From the NCBI GenBank assembly GCA_963738405.1, contig CAVTWJ010000022.1:128001-192000 (forward strand): a stretch of DNA of 64,000 bases, given 5' to 3'. A program made the translations under genes and the position numbers. The DNA comes from a candidate division FCPU426 bacterium (GTDB lineage: Bacteria > Oederibacteriota > Muellerivitia > Muellerivitales > Muellerivitaceae). Numbering within the stretch: the first letter of the stretch is position 1; each line of letters begins with the position of its first letter. Shown here one piece after another: positions 9,104-19,660 of the stretch. The notes beneath the pieces are model-generated. The model ran no database searches. It was not told where the DNA came from and worked only from the letters and a program-made list of their open reading frames with translations.

Positions 9104-10504
9104 TTACCCAACTTTTTCGGGGTTTTCCAAGTTTTTCGGGACTTTCAACTCCGAAAGGGTGGTCATAGATTCTAAAATAGGAATCTGCGCCAAACGGCAG
9201 TACACGAGTGACAAGAAATTAGCGAAGCGATCGAGTCCGCCATCCCCCGGAACGATTCTCCCGCTCAACTTGCCTAACACCCCCACGTCCCCGCTTTCCC
9301 TCTTCGATTGGATCTCCCATCTTTTCCTTCTCACCCAACCGGGATGAGAAAAAATCCATAGGGCGGCCGCCACGGTTCCAACCAATCTCTCCGGAGAAAG
9401 AAAAAGTCCCTTCAAAAGGTTAAAAATCCAATCGAGGAGAAAAAGAGGGGTTAATTTCATGAGAGTGTCGCCGTGATAAAAAGACAGAAGGGTGAGATAA
9501 CGATTTCGAATGGGAAAGAATTCTTTTTTCCATCCCGGCAGGCGAAATGGCTTTTCACCCTCTCCATGAAACACCTTCGCACCCGGCGCGTTCACCACCA
9601 ATCTTCCCTTATCTTGCAGTCTGAAACCAAGCTGAGCCTCTTCCCCGCCGAGAAAATAATCGCCCTCAAAAGGCCCCTCCGGGAAAAGATGCCGGGGCAC
9701 CATGAAGCCACAACCGGTCGGAAAAAACCTTATATCTTTGTCCATGTAAAAGCCCCGTAAAGGAAGACCCAATAAGTTCATCGCGTTGTCACTTTCGATA
9801 ACGTTCTTTCCCTTCCTTGCGAGAACCTCCGAGGCCACCGCGCCGGTTTCCGGTCCCCAATTCCTAAATGTTTCAACCATCCGTGAAACCCAGTCCGGGG
9901 TTGCAACCGTATCGTTGTGAAGGAAAACCACAAGATCCCCCTCGGCCATTCTTCCCCCGAGATTGCACCCGAGGGCATAACCAAAATTTTCTTGGCACTC
10001 TAAAATACGGACCTGGGGATAATTGGCTTCCAGAAAGGTGAGACTGGAGTCGGTGGAGGCGTTGTCTACCACAATGATTTCTTCCAGGGGATAGGTCTGG
10101 GTACGAAGGGCAAAAAGGCAATTCCATAAAAGATCCGCACCGTTATGGTTCACCACCACCATAGAAACTTTAGGCTGTCCGGCTAAAACCCGGGCGAAGC
10201 GCCGGTTTCTTTCGCCCCGACTGCCCCCAAGGGGTAATTTTAATAGAGATCGGGCGCCGGAGGGTTGACGGTTGAAAACATTCGAAGCATCCCCAAGAAA
10301 GTCCCCACTTTCGATTTCTTCCGCAGCCTCAACAGAATTTTCTTCCGGCTGTATTCTTATTTTGTGATGGAGTCGGGATTGAGGAGGTTTCGACTTCGGC
10401 GTCCCCAACCCGCCGCCCGGTCGCAGCCTAGCCTTCTTTTTAGATTTTGTTTTTGGAAGGACAGGTTGGTTCGCCTGACCGCGACTTATCTTTTTTTCAG
10501 GCAT
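9104..10504 (-). CDS. Glycosyltransferase family 2 with long basic N-terminal extension
   Basis: VVVNHNG, VVDNASTD, NFGYALGCN; ATG 10504 overlaps the end of the upstream GT4. Confidence 0.85.
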   Translation of the reverse strand: MPEKKISRGQANQPVLPKTKSKKKARLRPGGGLGTPKSKPPQSRLHHKIRIQPEENSVEAAEEIESGDFLGDASNVFNRQPSGARSLLKLPLGGSRGERNRRFARVLAGQPKVSMVVVNHNGADLLWNCLFALRTQTYPLEEIIVVDNASTDSSLTFLEANYPQVRILECQENFGYALGCNLGGRMAEGDLVVFLHNDTVATPDWVSRMVETFRNWGPETGAVASEVLARKGKNVIESDNAMNLLGLPLRGFYMDKDIRFFPTGCGFMVPRHLFPEGPFEGDYFLGGEEAQLGFRLQDKGRLVVNAPGAKVFHGEGEKPFRLPGWKKEFFPIRNRYLTLLSFYHGDTLMKLTPLFLLDWIFNLLKGLFLSPERLVGTVAAALWIFSHPGWVRRKRWEIQSKRESGDVGVLGKLSGRIVPGDGGLDRFANFLSLVYCRLAQIPILESMTTLSELKVPKNLENPEKVG

Positions 10505-11726
10505 GCGATTGTTGAACCAGCTTGAGGGCGGCCAAGGTTTGCCGAGCTGTGTTTTCCATTTTAAATAAAGATATCCGGGTTCTTCCTTTCTCAGCCAAAA
10601 TCCCCGTAAAGGCGGGTTCGGTCGCGGCCCTTTCCATGGCCCGGGCCCAATCCGTGACATTATTGGGGTCAATCATCCAAGCCGCGTCCCCCACTACCTC
10701 GGGTAAGGCCGCCGTATTAGAACAAAGAATGGGAACACCGCAGCCCATAGCTTCCAAAACGGGTAGCCCGAAACCTTCCTTGAGCGAGGGAAAAAGAAAG
10801 GCCGTAGCGCCGGAATAAAGCGAGGGCAAATCATCCTCGGGAACATAATGGAGCCATCGAACCTTGTCCGCCAATTGGGCAGAGGATAAAAACCCCATAA
10901 ACTCATCCCCCACGAATCCCTTAGGACCCGCCAGAATCAGCTCATGATCCGTGTCCGACATTTGTTTGTAGAGAAGGAATGCATGAACTAGGCGCAAGAG
11001 GTTTTTCCGCGGTTCCAAGCTTCCAACAAATAGAAAATAAGGTTTAGCCAGGCGGTATTTTTCGCGAACCATCCTGACCTTATCCGGCAAGGCCGGTCTT
11101 TGAAAATTCGGGGGAACCCCGTGCGGAATGACCCGAACTTTCCCCGGCTCGAGGCTCGGAAAATGGGAAAGAATTTCCTGACGGTTATAATCGGAGGGAG
11201 TGATGATCAAATCGGCGGATTCTTCTTGTTTTCCCAGATTCGACTTTAAATTTTTACCTAGTTCCTCAGGAACCCATTGGGGGTGCGTCAGATGGGTCAA
11301 ATCATGGATAAAAAGTACTTTTTTACCCTGCTTTTGCGGCAGGGACAAAAAATTGGGGTAAAAATAAACATCCGCCGGCCGACCAATTAGAGCCTCGATA
11401 GCGGGAGTCCCCAGGGTGTTCCAAGTCAATCTTAACGCGGCCCAGGGATAATGGGTCACGCTAAGGGCTACATAGCGGTTTTCTGAAACCCGGGCCCTTT
11501 CCTCGGGGGTGGGATTGTTCATCCAAACATAGACTTTGTCCTCCTCCAGGACATGAGAAAGCGCCTCCAGCAAATGGGTGAGGTACCACCCAGCGCCGGT
11601 CCTTTCACCCAAGAGGCAAGTTCCATCAACACCAATAATCACAGTACGCGTCCTGGAAAAAGATTTGAAAGCATCAACATACACCTCTTGCTGAGAATGG
11701 GGAAGGTACAACCCCACTCGAATCAA
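10497..11726 (-). CDS. Glycosyltransferase family 4 (MtfB/WbpY-like)
   Basis: FIHDL, VGSLEPRKNL, EGFGLPVLEAMGCG; true start may be slightly downstream. Confidence 0.9.
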   Translation of the reverse strand: MIRVGLYLPHSQQEVYVDAFKSFSRTRTVIIGVDGTCLLGERTGAGWYLTHLLEALSHVLEEDKVYVWMNNPTPEERARVSENRYVALSVTHYPWAALRLTWNTLGTPAIEALIGRPADVYFYPNFLSLPQKQGKKVLFIHDLTHLTHPQWVPEELGKNLKSNLGKQEESADLIITPSDYNRQEILSHFPSLEPGKVRVIPHGVPPNFQRPALPDKVRMVREKYRLAKPYFLFVGSLEPRKNLLRLVHAFLLYKQMSDTDHELILAGPKGFVGDEFMGFLSSAQLADKVRWLHYVPEDDLPSLYSGATAFLFPSLKEGFGLPVLEAMGCGVPILCSNTAALPEVVGDAAWMIDPNNVTDWARAMERAATEPAFTGILAEKGRTRISLFKMENTARQTLAALKLVQQSHA

Positions 11727-11851
11727 AAGCTTCTGGCCCCTTTGGGGAGGTTGAAAACTCAGTTATACTGTGCCCCGCCCACAAGCCAAATTTCGAAACA
11801 AAGGGCAAGGCGCGACTCGTTTAAATCCAAAACGTGGAGATGGTCGATCCC

Positions 11852-12502
11852 ATGAAAAAATTAGCCTGGATGGTGCTGAAGCCACTTTTTCAACTTCTTC
11901 GGCCTTCGTTTGCCTTCAGCGGGGGAAAATACGCCTATTTTTGGCATCCCTACAACATGACCTGGCGCGGCGAAAGGGCCATTGAAATACCTATCGTGAA
12001 AAAAATTGTGGATGGAAACCGGAACAAAAGAATTCTTGAAATCGGCAATGTCCTTTCTCACTACTTCGAGTTTCCACACGATATCGTGGACAAATATGAG
12101 AAAGCCCCTAACGTCATGAATAGGGACGTGGTCACTTTTCGGCCTCAAAAAGCAGCCTATGACTTGATCCTCAGCATTTCCACTTTAGAGCACGTGGGCT
12201 GGGACGAGAAACCGAGGGATTCCAAAAAATTCTTGAAGGCTTTCAAAAATCTCATGGGCCCCTGTTTAAAACCCGGCGGAATGTTGATAGTAACCCTGCC
12301 CCTCGGTCATAACCCGGTTTTGGATAAAGCCATAGCTGAAAATCAAATCCGGTTCACTCAAAAGTATTATCTGAAAAGAATAGGCCGGATCAACCATTGG
12401 AAAGAATCGGACCAGGAATCGGTCAAAAATTGCAAAGAAATGGACCCATATCCCTTCGCCAACGGCCTGTTCGTGGGCATCTTCCACAAAATCAAGAAAT
12501 AA
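11852..12502 (+). CDS. SAM-dependent methyltransferase-like protein
   Basis: ILEIGN motif I-like, YDLILSISTLEHVG, LKPGG; start could be GTG 11834. Confidence 0.65.
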   Translation: MKKLAWMVLKPLFQLLRPSFAFSGGKYAYFWHPYNMTWRGERAIEIPIVKKIVDGNRNKRILEIGNVLSHYFEFPHDIVDKYEKAPNVMNRDVVTFRPQKAAYDLILSISTLEHVGWDEKPRDSKKFLKAFKNLMGPCLKPGGMLIVTLPLGHNPVLDKAIAENQIRFTQKYYLKRIGRINHWKESDQESVKNCKEMDPYPFANGLFVGIFHKIKK

Positions 12503-12509
12503 CCTTCCA

Positions 12510-13898
12510 ATGGTCCAAACCCCTTCATCCATACTTGGGTCGAACAGACTGAAAACCAAGGCCCTGACTTTCATTTTCGCCCTTTTATATTTTCTTTGCG
12601 GGGCGGATTTGTTTTTCGCCACCCGGGTGAATGGCTTTAATTTCCGTTGGGGGCAAATCCTCCTGCTCCTGGCCGCTATTCCATCAGGTTTCAACTTCGC
12701 AATAAGCCTTCGAGGGAAAAATATTTCAGGCGATCTCCGTCTCAAATTTCTCATGGGCTGGCTACCGTTTTTTACCATTTACGGACTGGCGGCCCTTTTT
12801 TCAGCGACCCCATTTTTGACAGGAATCAAATGGGGCTGGGGCCTATTTAACATCGGCTTGGCCGCGCTCATTTGTCTTCAACCCCGTTCGAATGAAACAC
12901 TCGAAAAAGGATTCGAGGGGGGAATTCTCGCGACCGCGGTCCTTCTTTGGATTCAGGCATTGGCCCTATACGCGCTTCCCTTTTTTACCGTTGTTCATGA
13001 TCAGGGGGAAGGGAGCCCGTCCGTAGTTTCATGCTTTTCGATTTTTCTGGGTTATGCCCAATCATCCTTCGATTACAAGGGATTGGCGATTTTCAGGCCC
13101 CACGCTTTCTATTACGAGCCCTCTTACGTAGGAGCGGCTCTAAGTTTCGCCCTTTTCCTTTTGATATTCCTCGATCTCAAAAGAGAACCTGGAAAAATGG
13201 GTTTTTTCCCGGCCATTGCGTTGAGCTCCATTCTTCTTTGCAGTTCCCGAACCGGGATTCTTTCAGTGGTATTGTTTGTTTCGTTAACACTTTATTTCTC
13301 GCGCCGACTCCCTGACCTTCACTTTTTCCGTCGTTCCTTGTACAGAGCCATTCTTATTTCACTGATCCTGGTTGGGACCTTTTGCCTTTTTCCCCTGGGC
13401 CGCAAATATGTGGAGTTTATTTCAGGACCCTTAGGCGCTGATTCTTATATGAGACTGCACAAGAAAAACTCAAGCGAGCAGGGACGCCTGGAAAACATGA
13501 TGGAAAGTCTTAGACTCATTTCCGACCATCCTCTTTTGGGGAATGGCGTCACCAAAATCGTTCCAGCGGACAGTGGTGGTTTAAGCCAGTTTTCGGGCGT
13601 CACCTGGTTTGAAATCGGCCTGGAATCCGGGATTCTGGGAATGGTGGCCTTCTTATACGCGCTCCTTTCCAATATGAGGTTAGCTTGGAACAAAGCGCCC
13701 CCAAGTGCTTTACGGATATTGGTTTTGGCCGCATGGATTATTCACTTCGGGTTCCAATTATTCTTCAGCCAGACTTTTCCCCGTTTAGACTATTGGCTGT
13801 TGTTTTTCCTTTCGATCCGTCTCTTGCTGGACTCCGACAAAGTAGAAAAACCAAAAATTCCCCCCCAGGAATTAGCTTCGCACGCCATCTCCCATTGA
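12510..13898 (+). CDS. Wzy polymerase / O-antigen ligase family membrane protein
   Basis: Many TMs, R..AFYYEPS, SSRTG, HPLLGNG, LESGILG. Confidence 0.75.
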   Translation: MVQTPSSILGSNRLKTKALTFIFALLYFLCGADLFFATRVNGFNFRWGQILLLLAAIPSGFNFAISLRGKNISGDLRLKFLMGWLPFFTIYGLAALFSATPFLTGIKWGWGLFNIGLAALICLQPRSNETLEKGFEGGILATAVLLWIQALALYALPFFTVVHDQGEGSPSVVSCFSIFLGYAQSSFDYKGLAIFRPHAFYYEPSYVGAALSFALFLLIFLDLKREPGKMGFFPAIALSSILLCSSRTGILSVVLFVSLTLYFSRRLPDLHFFRRSLYRAILISLILVGTFCLFPLGRKYVEFISGPLGADSYMRLHKKNSSEQGRLENMMESLRLISDHPLLGNGVTKIVPADSGGLSQFSGVTWFEIGLESGILGMVAFLYALLSNMRLAWNKAPPSALRILVLAAWIIHFGFQLFFSQTFPRLDYWLLFFLSIRLLLDSDKVEKPKIPPQELASHAISH

Positions 13899-13909
13899 GG
13901 TTTTTTTAA

Positions 13910-14866
13910 GTGCCAACAAAACCCCTCGTCTCCATCGTGGTTGAAACAGGGACCCACAAGATGGCTGGCCGAATTCATTTTAAGGATATCGCTCGCCGGT
14001 ATTTGACGGAGGCCCGCAGAACCCTACCCGACTCCCGGTTTGAGATAATCTTTGTCGGGAAAGACAAACCGGAAGAAAAACTTGATAAAAATTGCCGTTT
14101 TTTGGAATTTCCCCAAATAGGGTATTACGGCTGGAAAAACGAAGGGGCGATCGCCGCTCGGGGACGTTATCTCATTTACCTGGACAGCGATTGCCGTGTT
14201 GAACCCGGTTATTTGAAAATAGCCCTTAAGACATTTAAGGAAAACCCGGATGTCATCGGCTTGGGGGGGTTGACCCTTTACGATGGAAACACTTTCTTTA
14301 GTCGTGTTAACACGGCTTTGAATTTTGGCCCTCATTTCAAAAACCCAACCAGGTTCACCCGGCTTTCGGTCACTGTTAATAACATTTGCCTTATCAAAAA
14401 CGCCTTTCCCCGCCGTCCTTTTGGGCCCTATACCGGCAGAACCGGAGGGGATGCTTTCATCACCCAATACGCTGTGAAAATCGGCAAACCTTTTCTCCAA
14501 GTTAGGGGGCTCAAGTCCTACCATGAGGACCAGACCCAAAACTTCAAAACTCTTTTGGAAAGAACGCTACGGGATCTTTTCCAACCCGTACTCACCGTTA
14601 AGCCCTCCGGCAAATGGGCCGCTTGGCGGACGGCTCTCTTTAATTGCCCCCTTCTTTTGATGAAACGCGCCCGCCGAGTCCTTCTTTTCGGACGAGCCAC
14701 GGGGCTAAGCTGGTTGGAAATAATCTGTTCCCCTATCTTTCTGTGTTACTTAACCTTGGTGGAATTGGCGGCCCTTTCCGCCATGACCGTCCGGCCTTCC
14801 TTGTTGATAAAATGGCTGAACTTTCAATTTGGTTCTAACTGGATTGAATCTCGAGGAATCCATTGA
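13910..14866 (+). CDS. Glycosyltransferase family 2, paralog A
   Basis: KNEGA, YLDSDC (DxD); 318 aa; GTG start with SD GAGG. Confidence 0.8.
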   Translation: MPTKPLVSIVVETGTHKMAGRIHFKDIARRYLTEARRTLPDSRFEIIFVGKDKPEEKLDKNCRFLEFPQIGYYGWKNEGAIAARGRYLIYLDSDCRVEPGYLKIALKTFKENPDVIGLGGLTLYDGNTFFSRVNTALNFGPHFKNPTRFTRLSVTVNNICLIKNAFPRRPFGPYTGRTGGDAFITQYAVKIGKPFLQVRGLKSYHEDQTQNFKTLLERTLRDLFQPVLTVKPSGKWAAWRTALFNCPLLLMKRARRVLLFGRATGLSWLEIICSPIFLCYLTLVELAALSAMTVRPSLLIKWLNFQFGSNWIESRGIH

Positions 14867-14942
14867 TAAATATTCAGCATTTCAAACCACCCGCAAAACC
14901 CCGGGAGTGTCTTCCCGCATTTACCCCAACTTGGGTTAAATA

Positions 14943-15899
14943 ATGCCCGCCCAACCCTGGTTATCCATCGTGCTCGAGACCGGCACCCGGTCTCTTACAG
15001 GCCGAATCCCATTCAAGAACATGTTCCGACGGCACCTCGCCGAAACTCGAAGAACCCTCCCCGACTCACGCTTTGAGATGCTGATCGTGGGGGACGGTTT
15101 CAACCCCGGCAACCTTCCCAGAAACTGCCGCTACCTTGACCGTCCAGGGATGGGCTATTACGGGTTCAAGAACGAAGGGGCCCGTGAAGCGCGGGGAAAG
15201 TACGTGGTGTTCTGGGACAGCGATTGCAAGATCAGCCGGGGCTACTTGAGATTACTCCTGGATCTTTATAGTCAAAATCCAGGAGTTATCGCCATTGGGG
15301 GTCGCACCGATTACGACAACCCCCATCTCTGGAGCCGCGTGAACACCATTGTTTGTTTCGGTCATTTTTGCCGAGCGCCACAGAGACTGACCAAGATTTC
15401 GGCCATCACCAACAATGTCTCCATCCGCAAAACCGCATTCCCACGTCATCCCTTCGGGCCCCACACAGGCCGGACCGGTGGGGATACCTTCATCACCCAA
15501 TATGCCGCCCGGAAAGGGGCCCCAATCCTATTTGATAAGCGGCTCTTTGTGCTTCACGAAGATATCACCACCCACACTAGCGCCCTCTTGGAGCGTCTCC
15601 TTCGGGACCTTTTCCACAAAGTCAATTGGATGCGCACAGGCTCCAAGTGGGAGGCGCTTGCTCGCGGCTACTGGAACTGGCCCATATTGTCCCTCAAGCG
15701 TCTGCGCCGGGTTCTTATTTATCGGAAGGATTATCGGGTGGAATGGCACGAAATGCCCGGAGCCCTCGCAGCCCTGGCCTGGTTTACTTTTTTGGAAATC
15801 ATCGCCCTGATCTGCATGACTTTCCGGCCTTCCTTGCTGATGAAGTGGTTGAACTTCCAATTCGGTTCCAGATGGATTGAATCTCGAGGAATCCGGTAA
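14943..15899 (+). CDS. Glycosyltransferase family 2, paralog B (tandem homolog of A)
   Basis: FWDSDC; 318 aa; colinear with paralog A. Confidence 0.8.
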   Translation: MPAQPWLSIVLETGTRSLTGRIPFKNMFRRHLAETRRTLPDSRFEMLIVGDGFNPGNLPRNCRYLDRPGMGYYGFKNEGAREARGKYVVFWDSDCKISRGYLRLLLDLYSQNPGVIAIGGRTDYDNPHLWSRVNTIVCFGHFCRAPQRLTKISAITNNVSIRKTAFPRHPFGPHTGRTGGDTFITQYAARKGAPILFDKRLFVLHEDITTHTSALLERLLRDLFHKVNWMRTGSKWEALARGYWNWPILSLKRLRRVLIYRKDYRVEWHEMPGALAALAWFTFLEIIALICMTFRPSLLMKWLNFQFGSRWIESRGIR

Positions 15900-15907
15900 A
15901 AAAATCT

Positions 15908-17071
15908 TCAGCTTTTCAAACCACCCAGTAATTTTTTCGCCGCATTGGCCCAATCTTTTTGACGGGCATAATTCATGGCAACCCGTGAGTTTCCAGGCAA
16001 CCCGACTGCTTTTTCCAGCAGACGGATAAAAGCAGGCCGGTCCTGCGCCAAAAGAGCCGGGCTTTTTAATGACCTTAATTCCCGGGTTGAGGAAGCCACC
16101 ACCGGCAAGCCGCAGGCCAAGTACTGGTATAGCTTCAGAGGGTTCATGTAATGGATCAGTTCCGGTCTTTCCCAAACGTTATTGGGAATGATCCCCACAT
16201 CGGCATGGCGCAGATAAGGCGGAAGGTTTTCATATTTCCGGGGGCCTAAAATATGAATGTTTTTAATTCCCCCCAGCCTTTGCCTGGCATGGTTCTCTGG
16301 TCCAATGAGGATGAAAGAAAACGATGGATGTTTCATGGCCGCTTCCTTGACCAAGCCAAAATCGAACCAATCTTCCATCGACCCGGCATAAACAATACGA
16401 GGCCCGGTCATATTCTTATATTCGAAGGGAACGTCTGTTTTGTCTTCAGCGAAATGGTTGAATTGGACCCCATTGGGTAGAAAAAAATGTCGAGTGGGCT
16501 GGAGCGATTGAACGAGGGGTTTTAAACCTTGGGCGGTGTAAACAACCTCTGAAACCGAAAGAGCCAATCCCCGAATCAGACTCCGGACCGAGTCGGTCCC
16601 CATTTTCTGGTAACCCTCAGGGTGATCCGTCATGCGATAAACCGACCGTTGGTGGCGTATCTTTCCAAGCCAGAAGTATTGGTAGACGCTTTCGATATAA
16701 ACGAGATCCACCTCCCCGAATCCGTTTTTAAACGCTTGTACTACAACGGAGGGAAAAGCAGTCTTCCACCAGTTCCGGGCCACCCAACGGCTTCTTAAAA
16801 GGGTCCTATTGGTAGGAGTTAAGGGGGCGGCCGGAACATAGGCCCAGAGTTTCCCATTGAGGTCTCTTTGGCCACCGGAGAGGTAAAGTTGAAGACGGGA
16901 AGAAAGACTGTGGCTCGCTCCGGGCAATAGATGAAAAGGAGAGATTGGGTCGGAGACAAAGGCCACTTCATAACCTATTTTGACAAATTCGCGGGCTAAT
17001 TGGTGACTCCCCACTTGGATGGGAGAGTTCCAACTGTGGTAACTCGCCATAAGAATTTTGCGTGTTTTCAC
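15908..17071 (-). CDS. GT-B glycosyltransferase (GumK/TuaH-like)
   Basis: LPNGV, VYAGS, ADVGIIP, NPLKLYQYLACGLPVV. Confidence 0.85.
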   Translation of the reverse strand: MKTRKILMASYHSWNSPIQVGSHQLAREFVKIGYEVAFVSDPISPFHLLPGASHSLSSRLQLYLSGGQRDLNGKLWAYVPAAPLTPTNRTLLRSRWVARNWWKTAFPSVVVQAFKNGFGEVDLVYIESVYQYFWLGKIRHQRSVYRMTDHPEGYQKMGTDSVRSLIRGLALSVSEVVYTAQGLKPLVQSLQPTRHFFLPNGVQFNHFAEDKTDVPFEYKNMTGPRIVYAGSMEDWFDFGLVKEAAMKHPSFSFILIGPENHARQRLGGIKNIHILGPRKYENLPPYLRHADVGIIPNNVWERPELIHYMNPLKLYQYLACGLPVVASSTRELRSLKSPALLAQDRPAFIRLLEKAVGLPGNSRVAMNYARQKDWANAAKKLLGGLKS

Positions 17072-17072
17072 T

Positions 17073-18443
17073 TTAATCCATCATCTCTTCAGCCAATCCA
17101 TCCCCCGCTCCCCATAAATTTTTAAGCTGGGTCACATTCCCTTTTAAATGAAGTTGATGCCAGACGACCCCGAGAGTCAGAACCAGTACCAAAAAATAAG
17201 TAAGGGAAGAGGAAATGGAAGCCCCGTCAATCCCCCAATGAGGGATCGTCCAAAAGTTTATTGCGATATTAAAAACCGCCGCCAAGGCCCAACTGGCGAT
17301 CAAAAGTTTGGGGAAACCCACACTGTGAAGAAACCGGGCCAACACCCATTGAATGGACAAAAAATATAACCCTGGAAGAAGCAAAAGGAGGGGATCAATA
17401 GATGGAATGTATCTATCTCCAAACATGATTCGAAGGGCCGGCTTGGCCGTAATTGCGGCCAGCAAGAAAAGGGGGATCAGGGCCAGGGCCGTCATCCAAG
17501 TCACCTTTTTGGCGGTGTTAAACTTTTGATCGAAACTCTTCATGGCGGATAACTTTGGAAACAAAACCACGCTAATGATAACCGGAAGCAGCGAAACCGC
17601 GTCTCCCATGCTGACGGCTGTGGCGTAATAACCCGTTTGGGCCGCCCCGGCCAGATATTTGACCATCAACTGGTCGATCCGCAAGACGAGGAAAGAAAAA
17701 AAAGCCGAAAAATAAGCCCGGAAACCGTAATTCATATGGGCCTTGAAAAGGGCCCAGGAGGGCCTGGGTGTTTCCCGAAATTCCTTCCGTAAAACCGTAA
17801 AATTCAGGAAAAGACAGGCGGCCAGCGATAGAAAAGCCGCACCCAGGAATGAATCCACCTTGGCCCAACCTAACCCCCAAAAAAAAGCCATCAGAAGAAC
17901 TTTTAGGACCCGGCCAGCCAGTTCAATGGCGTTATTAGCAGTTGTTTTTTGTATTCCTACTAAGAGAAATTGAAATAAAAGATAGATCAAAGAAAGGGGT
18001 ATCCAGGCAAGCGCAATGCCCAAAAGTGTTCCATCAACAGGGGCGATATTCGGCCAGAAGTTGAAAAACGCCAAAAGGATTAAGACGATAAATCCGCCTA
18101 AGACTAAACCCGCCCAGAGGCTGTTCGCCATCAACTTTGGAAGCAGTTTCCTGTTTTGCGCGACGTAATAATTATTGGCCCAATGAATGCCAAAGTTTCC
18201 TAATTGGGCTCCCAGAGTTCCCAACACGAAAGCCGCCGCGTATTGGCCTTGCCCTTCCGGGCCCAACAAACGGGCGATCAGGATAGAGCCCATCAGTCCT
18301 ACAAGGGTCTGGAGTATTCTCAGGATATAACTTTCAGCCACATCCTTAAAAAATCGCGAATTCCGAAGACGGCTTCTAATTTCAGCACCTTTCCTCAAAA
18401 GATCGGATTTCCGCCACTTTTGGAAACTTGTTTTTTTCTTCAT
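17073..18443 (-). CDS. wzx: Wzx-type oligosaccharide flippase
   Basis: IARLLGPEGQGQY, RIDQLMV, about 12 TMs, IPHWGIDGASIS. Confidence 0.85.
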   Translation of the reverse strand: MKKKTSFQKWRKSDLLRKGAEIRSRLRNSRFFKDVAESYILRILQTLVGLMGSILIARLLGPEGQGQYAAAFVLGTLGAQLGNFGIHWANNYYVAQNRKLLPKLMANSLWAGLVLGGFIVLILLAFFNFWPNIAPVDGTLLGIALAWIPLSLIYLLFQFLLVGIQKTTANNAIELAGRVLKVLLMAFFWGLGWAKVDSFLGAAFLSLAACLFLNFTVLRKEFRETPRPSWALFKAHMNYGFRAYFSAFFSFLVLRIDQLMVKYLAGAAQTGYYATAVSMGDAVSLLPVIISVVLFPKLSAMKSFDQKFNTAKKVTWMTALALIPLFLLAAITAKPALRIMFGDRYIPSIDPLLLLLPGLYFLSIQWVLARFLHSVGFPKLLIASWALAAVFNIAINFWTIPHWGIDGASISSSLTYFLVLVLTLGVVWHQLHLKGNVTQLKNLWGAGDGLAEEMMD

Positions 18444-18462
18444 GAAAAATCACACATTTTTC

Positions 18463-19524
18463 TCATTCCGGGCTCGATGGAAACTTCTTTAGTATTCCCG
18501 CCCGACTCCTGGGCCTGCCCTCGAAAAGAAATTGAGCGGAATCGATCCAGACCTTTTCAACGGATATGCTTTTCAGGCATTGATTATCGCTGCAGTCCGC
18601 GTAGTTCCGCCCGTCATAACAGGGGCGGCAGGCCAAATGCTCCCCTCCCCAAATCACATGGACCCTTTCGTTCACCGGAACCTTCTCCGAGGGTGTGGTG
18701 GGACCGAACAGGGCCAATACTTTCGCGCCGGAAGCGATGGCCAAATGCATGGGACCGCTGTCATGGGTGATCACCAGGTCGCATTGACCATAGAGGGCCA
18801 CCAGTTCGATGAGGGATGTTTGGCCCACCCAATCAACCACCGGAAGACCTTGAAAAGATTCGCGGACCCAGGCGTCCTCAGCCGAGCCCGTGACCAACAC
18901 CTGAACGCCTTCTTTCAAAAGCTTCCCGGCCAAGAGGGCGTAATTTTCGAGAGGCCAACGCCTCAAGGCGTCGTCGCGGAGGATGTTTTTGGCCCCTCCC
19001 GGAGCCAGGGCGACGATTTTTTTATTTCGATCCAATTGATCGGAGAAAGCCTGGGGCAACGGAACCCGGATCGGGGGAATTCCAGGGGTGTAATCGGAAG
19101 ACGCCCCCGTTGCCGAAACCAAACGAGCGTATTCTTCCGCGTGGTAATTTCCCGGCAGGGGACGACGCCCGTCACCCCCCTTTCCAAAACCCCTGCGGTT
19201 TGTTCCCCAGGCCGTCAGGCTTAACAAACGGTACCGAAAATCGGCATGGCCCGTGATGATGAGGTCGAAACGCCTACCCAACAGTTTGGCCCAGACCGGG
19301 ACTAAAACCAAAAGGGCTCCCAACCATCCGCCCTTCAACAGTTTGCGATCATCGATTTCGATGATTTCATCCACCCGATTGACCGACCGTACCAGGGGAG
19401 CGACGATTCTGCCGCACACCCATGTGACATGGGAACCGGGTGCCAAGCGGTCAATCGCCGGAAGCATCGAAAGGGACATGGCCGTATCGCCCACGGCCCC
19501 AATTTTGACGATGAGCACTTTCAT
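18463..19524 (-). CDS. Glycosyltransferase family 9 (heptosyltransferase-like)
   Basis: KIGAVGD, RRWP, DSGPMHLA, ALFGPT, CRPC. Confidence 0.9.
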   Translation of the reverse strand: MKVLIVKIGAVGDTAMSLSMLPAIDRLAPGSHVTWVCGRIVAPLVRSVNRVDEIIEIDDRKLLKGGWLGALLVLVPVWAKLLGRRFDLIITGHADFRYRLLSLTAWGTNRRGFGKGGDGRRPLPGNYHAEEYARLVSATGASSDYTPGIPPIRVPLPQAFSDQLDRNKKIVALAPGGAKNILRDDALRRWPLENYALLAGKLLKEGVQVLVTGSAEDAWVRESFQGLPVVDWVGQTSLIELVALYGQCDLVITHDSGPMHLAIASGAKVLALFGPTTPSEKVPVNERVHVIWGGEHLACRPCYDGRNYADCSDNQCLKSISVEKVWIDSAQFLFEGRPRSRAGILKKFPSSPE

Positions 19525-19609
19525 GGGATTAAAACTTCGGTTGAACAACGGGGGTTCTCATCCGGCGCGTCCTTGATCACGGGTCTGTCGATTTCGCAAT
19601 CTAAAAAAC

Positions 19610-19654
19610 ATTATATCGGCACAGGAATGATCCCAAAGAAATTCCCTATATAAT
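19610..19654. promoter_or_regulatory. Back-to-back divergent -10 boxes
   Basis: TATAAT on minus strand at 19610-19615 and on plus strand at 19649-19654, between divergent genes. Confidence 0.55.
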
Positions 19655-19660
19655 GCCCGC

